Assembly: GCA_002269645.1 (NCBI GenBank) | Contig: NIVC01001392.1 | Location: forward strand, 186,001-250,000 | Reading direction: 5' to 3' | Length of the DNA: 64,000 nt | From: Macrostomum lignano | Lineage: Eukaryota | Shown: piece after piece, positions 60,223 through 64,000 of the stretch | Layout: each line of letters opens with the position of its first letter | Numbering within the stretch: the first letter of the stretch is position 1 | Position numbers and translations under genes: made by a program | The notes under the pieces: model-generated | Databases searched by the model: none | What the model saw: only the letters and a program-made list of their open reading frames with translations | Told to the model about the DNA's origin: nothing

Positions 60223-62313
60223 CTCCCGTTAATTGCCTCTTCAACTTCACGACTACAACTTCAAGCTTCGCCATCCGCATGTTGTCAGCATGATGTCACC
60301 GATGAATTGAGGAGAATGTCAGTTTTGACGAGCTACATGTAAGTTTATCCACGTTGCTCGATTTTCTACCGAGGAAAAGCCTTTATTTATTACAGTGACT
60401 ACGTTCACACAAATAAAATTTGTCAGACCGGTCGAATCATTGAAACAAATTTGCCTGGTCAAACTTCCACTGCTTGTAGAGAATTCACTACTATAGAGAG
60501 TTCTTTGCCGCTGCTTCTGTCATGCCCATTCTCTTGATTCTGGGCAGCGTTGCGCTAACACTTCCGTGCTTGCGTTTGAGAAGATCCTTGAAAAAATTTT
60601 CCATGTTCAACTGGACCCATGCAGATCTGCTGTGCAAGTGTCTCGAAGGCTGGCCAACTTCATCTACATGTATAAAGGCATGGTGAGATTCCCGAGACGT
60701 CCAGGCAATCAACCCCCGTTTGCTCTCACCGACTTCGCAAACTGAAGCCGTAGCTGAATGCTTCTTTTAAACACCTGGCCTGTATAGATGCTAACTTTGT
60801 TATAGCCATCTATATGTTTGCCTTTTACAGTTTATACGGAGTTTTCCGATACTAGCATATATCTTACTGTCGTATGGCTCGGAAAGAAGTGCATTTTGGC
60901 GTAACTCCAGTAGTGGAATATAAAGGAAACTCCAGCATTAGAGCCTTGCAGACTCCAATACTAGATTGATGGTCGATTTTAGCGTGCAGTTTAGTGCGAC
61001 ACTGCTCAGCGGCTTGCGTAGTTTTGATTAGTTGCAAGTTGCAGGACAGCCGGTTTACTTGCAGAATCTTTACTGACAGCAGGTTGATAAGGTGCAAATT
61101 TGACAAGTGCACCTAGGCCGGCGGGGAGGATACAAAATTTTGGCATTTTGCAGAGTGGCTTTTGCGCCTATGCGCCCAACATTTCCTGATAGATTTCGGC
61201 TCCCTGAGTCGATTGGCGCCGGTCCCAGAGCGCCAGAAGGTCATCCAGTAGAGTTATCTGCACTTTTCCAGTGCCAAAACCGAAACTCCAGTACTGGACG
61301 TTTATATCAGCTCCAGTACTCGCTCCAACGCTGGAGTTTTCTTATGCTCCAATCCACTCCACGGCTGCGTGTGGATCCACTTGCAATCAGTAAATTACAG
61401 TGGCAAAAGTAGAGATAAGTTTTGTTGTTAAATATTAAGCGTGCAAAGGTACATGTATTATTAACTACTGATGTAACCACGCTCTGGTCGCGGGATAGGG
61501 CAGGGAAACTTTTTCGAAGGGTCCCGCTCATCGCCGTGCACCCCCTGCGCAGAGCCGTCGAGACTGGGCTAAGGTCTTCGACCAGGCCTGCAGACTACCG
61601 CTCTGCTGCACCTCCTGCTGCCTTGGCTCTGTCTCCCCTGCCGCCACACTTGCCTTTCCGGAGCTCCCTACCCCTCTCTGTACCTCCCCTTCTACCCTAT
61701 CTCCTCTACGCTTCCCTCTATTCTTCGTGTAATTTTCCTGCCCCCTCTCTTTTTGTCTCTTTCTGCACTATTTTCCTGCGCTGTCCCCCTTTCCCTGCGT
61801 CTACTTACAGTATTTTGTGTGCTCACCGCCCCCATCCCTTCTCAAAATCCCAAACGGTGACGCAGGTCGTGTGACCCCTCCTTCCCCTCGATGACTCATC
61901 GACGACTTATTCCCCTCTCTTGCGCAACCTTTTCTCATGCTATTGTTCTCCTCCCCAAATTTCTCATGCGACACCCACCCCACCTCCGCTTCTATTGTTC
62001 TCGTTTTTGATTCTTTTTTCTCTTTATCCCCACCAATTATCACATTTTCTCCGATTTTCTCTTTCTATTGTTCTCATTTTCGCACCTAATTATCACCTTT
62101 TCTCCAATGTTTGCTTTTCTATTGTTCTCGGTTCTCCCCAATTATGCCCGATTTCCAATTCCTTTGTTCTCGACCCCCGCCCCATTGTTCTCAATGTTTG
62201 CTTGCGCAACACTTTCGCGGCCTCCCGCTGCGCCAATTATCCCCCACCCCGCCTCCGGATTGCACAATTCTCCCATTTCTCATGATGCTATGCCGTTCTC
62301 ATGCTTCTCATCA

Positions 62314-62405
62314 TGACTCATTCTGACGTCATTCTGCCGGCAGCCAATCAAAGAGAGGGAGTCATGGTAACGACCTTGGAGCGGCGGCTGGGAAGGCTAT
62401 AAAAG
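62314..62405 (+). promoter_or_regulatory. Compact Pol II promoter: AP-1, CRE, CCAAT, RFX half-site, TATA
   Basis: TGACTCA 62314-20, TGACGTCA 62324-31, CCAAT 62344-48, GTCATGGTAAC 62361-71, TATAAAAG 62398-405; followed by a strong donor CCG|GTAAGT at 62725. Confidence 0.55.
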
Positions 62406-63589
62406 GAAGCGATTTTGGCATGAGAATCCTCAACCTTCGGGCTCCTCGTCTTTCTTTAGACTTGCTGTTAGCCGTAGCTCTGACCTATTCGTCTATAGGG
62501 CGAATCCCTGCCGGCCCGCTGTCTGATACCGCCAAGTCACCTTAGCTCCCAAAGTGAGCTCGCCTATCGGCCAGCGGTCTGATACCGCCCAGCAACATCA
62601 GCATCGCCTGATCTACATCAGCGCCTCGTCGCTTCAGCGCATCGCCGCTTCACTGTCTGCCTGACTGCAGCCTACAGCCGTCCTCGGTCACTCCATCGCT
62701 CTCTCTCTCTCTGTGCAGCTGCCGGTAAGTTTCTATTACTAGTTTGTGCTCTAATTGCCTTTGCTTATCCGAGGTTTGCCTATTTTCCATTGCTTGATTA
62801 GAGAGCTGAGCCAATTGTGATACCGTATCTTTTGCTGTACTTTTTACTCAATAGTGAAGCCGTTTAATTGCCTGATTATTTGCCTAAGGGCCTAATTATT
62901 AACTATTAACTAACCTCATCATTATTCACTCTTTCACCATCATTTCACACATGGCTTGCTAAGCCTTTCCCCGGGGTGGCGAAGCATAAGGAAGTTTGGT
63001 TAAGTGGCCTCTCCCCGTGCAAAGCCCGCCTGTGAGTGCGTGCTGCGGGTCCGTGTGTGCATGCAGTAGAGGGAATTAGTGGCAGTATAGGAAGGTTGCA
63101 ACCCCATGCTGACGCGTCCCTTCGCCCTGAGCAATCTAAACCATAGACAGTACATGTTCGCCTCATACTACTCTTAGTAATCAAGGTCGTAAGTCAGCCT
63201 CGCTCACAGCCACAAAGGATCCCCTGCTGAGAAATCCTCCAGATTGAGCCCAGAGTTCCCGATCATGCCCCAAGCAGAGTCCCTGTACTCGGCTGCATGT
63301 GTCTCCTCTGTTAGCCTAAATCTCCTGGTAACCATCCCAGGCGGGGCTCTAGCCTCGAGAGGTCTGGTAGTAAGATCCAGGTGCGCCAGGTCACATAGAG
63401 TGGTGGCAGCCACTCGGTCATACTATGACCGAGTGACCAACTATTGCACCTTGGCTACAGGTGGGGTCCATGTGGGTCCTTGGCCCTCTGGTCACGAAGC
63501 GCTACCAAAGCTATCAATCATGTGGGCGGGACAGTCTGGTGCTGGAGGTCCGTCAGGTCATTGCCCGGTCATAGGCAGCCCCCCTCTAG

Positions 63590-63910
63590 TCATGCGTTCG
63601 TCCCTCAACGGAGCGGACAGGCGACAAGGGCGGTTACATCACAACCTAATGGCAGCACACTGGGACTCAATTACAGTGTTTTTCAGAGCGAGGTGCTTGC
63701 CATCAGCTTCTGTGTGGCAGAGCTGCGTCGAAGGCAGTTTAGCTTGCAGTCAGAAATTTATTTTTGATAAATGATAGCCAAGCAGCCATTCTGGCCGTCT
63801 GCTGCAGCACCACCAACTCCAGATCTGTCCCTGGACTGCAACGCCCGGCTCCATGGGCTTGCGCTGGGCAACCAGGTGGAGCTCAAGCGGATCCCGGCCC
63901 ACGATGTTAT
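63590..63910 (+). mobile_element. Degenerate non-LTR retrotransposon remnant (RNase H domain)
   Basis: SVFQSEVLAI (63675-63704), DSQAAILA (from 63773) and NQVELKRIPAH (to 63902) match the RNase H motifs xVFQAE, DSQAA and WxPxH of I/R1/LOA-type LINEs. They lie in shifting frames with stops. The element may extend beyond these bounds. Confidence 0.72.
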
Positions 63911-64000
63911 GGTTTCCATCCCGGCAAGGCTGGCTCCGCCGGCGCGCTTCTGGACCGGGCCCAGCTGGGGCCCCCACCCCTGCGCTTCGGTGATGCCCTC

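Noticed and set aside
60491-60712. 73-aa ORF with a faint pogo/Tc1 transposase flavour (IHVDEVG, NFFKDLL)
   Set aside because: No full DDE spacing, no TIRs found, and too short to support.

Overview
Animal genomic DNA: GT-AG introns, GC-rich exons, and introns packed with 14-60 bp minisatellites. The style resembles the flatworm Macrostomum, but that is inference only. Three spliced genes were reconstructed by hand. (1) TBL1/ebi WD40 corepressor, + strand, 1216-6304, 9 exons, with a 1-nt deletion in a C-run. (2) DNAL4 axonemal dynein light chain 4, - strand, 9369-10746, 3 exons, with an RFX X-box upstream. (3) A prominin-family 5-TM protein, - strand, about 17.4-51.2 kb. The 21-kb third intron of prominin contains the most striking structure: a 16.2-kb head-to-tail stack of non-autonomous Helitron-like elements (host A|TC...CTAG|TC...CTAG|TC...CTAG|T host; 29230-45408). 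Each unit carries a tRNA-like A/B-box segment and a 23-bp satellite. Two of the units also carry serial dead terminators and a TTAGGG tract. Other elements: an orphan transmembrane exon, CpG-free/TpA-rich zones upstream of genes, a compact AP-1/CRE/CCAAT/TATA promoter at 62.3 kb, and a degenerate non-LTR RNase H remnant at the right end. Almost all long ORFs in the supplied track are artefacts of tandem repeats.
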